Part shown: positions 63,880 to 64,000 of the stretch, piece after piece
How the letters are laid out: each line of letters starts with the position of its first letter
How positions within the stretch are numbered: the first letter of the stretch is position 1
NCBI GenBank assembly: GCA_964016885.1
Contig: OZ024740.1
Location: forward strand, 197,284,001-197,348,000
Source of the DNA: Eledone cirrhosa
Lineage: Eukaryota
Length of the DNA: 64,000 nt
Direction: 5' to 3'
Program-made: the position numbers and the translations under genes
The notes under the pieces: model-generated
Databases searched by the model: none
Told to the model about the DNA's origin: nothing
The model's input: only the letters and a program-made list of their open reading frames with translations

Positions 63880-64000
63880 TGTAGCGGTTGTCTCCCTTGT
63901 TTGGATTAACATCTAGACGGGAAGTAGAACCCTTTCTGTAACTTCCGGTCAGAACCCTATAAAACTAACAACTTTAAGTTCTCACCCTCTCATTGCCCTC
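63880..64000 (+). mobile_element. Second copy of the non-autonomous LTR element, opposite orientation, running off the window
   Basis: TGTAGCGGTTG.CTCCCTTGTT..ACATCTAGAC.GGAAGTAGAACCC is the reverse complement of about 57815-57944. Confidence 0.88.

Overview
Eukaryotic, AT-rich, microsatellite-dense DNA with no prokaryotic features. The CDICGKSFS/HTGEKPYHC zinc-finger style and the repeat content suggest a cephalopod (Octopus-like) C2H2-ZNF cluster; this is inference. Two paralogous minus-strand C2H2 genes (6 fingers at 267-887, 10 fingers at 49869-50825) share their 3' UTR, splice acceptor, an intronic minisatellite and a putative non-coding first exon. Nearly everything else is mobile DNA: PHD-containing RTE LINEs, an RTE/BovB-like LINE, CR1 and CRE fragments, two tRNA-SINE families, several MITEs, a roughly 10-kb palindromic complex of a young Naiad-type Penelope-like element, and a nested CsRn1-clade Gypsy stack at 54.6-64 kb. 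Most interesting observations: (1) a non-coding LTR element that shares the Gypsy's tRNA-Trp primer and an atypical TA terminus has inserted twice, in opposite orientations, within 14 bp of the same site in that Gypsy's LTR; (2) at least five unrelated hammerhead-ribozyme motifs, two with very long stem II inserts; (3) a MITE carrying a histone-type stem-loop abuts exon-like sequence twice; (4) a possible divergently transcribed gene with Lys-rich micro-exons; (5) an unusual density of long inverted repeats. All calls were made by eye, so coordinates may be off by a few bases.
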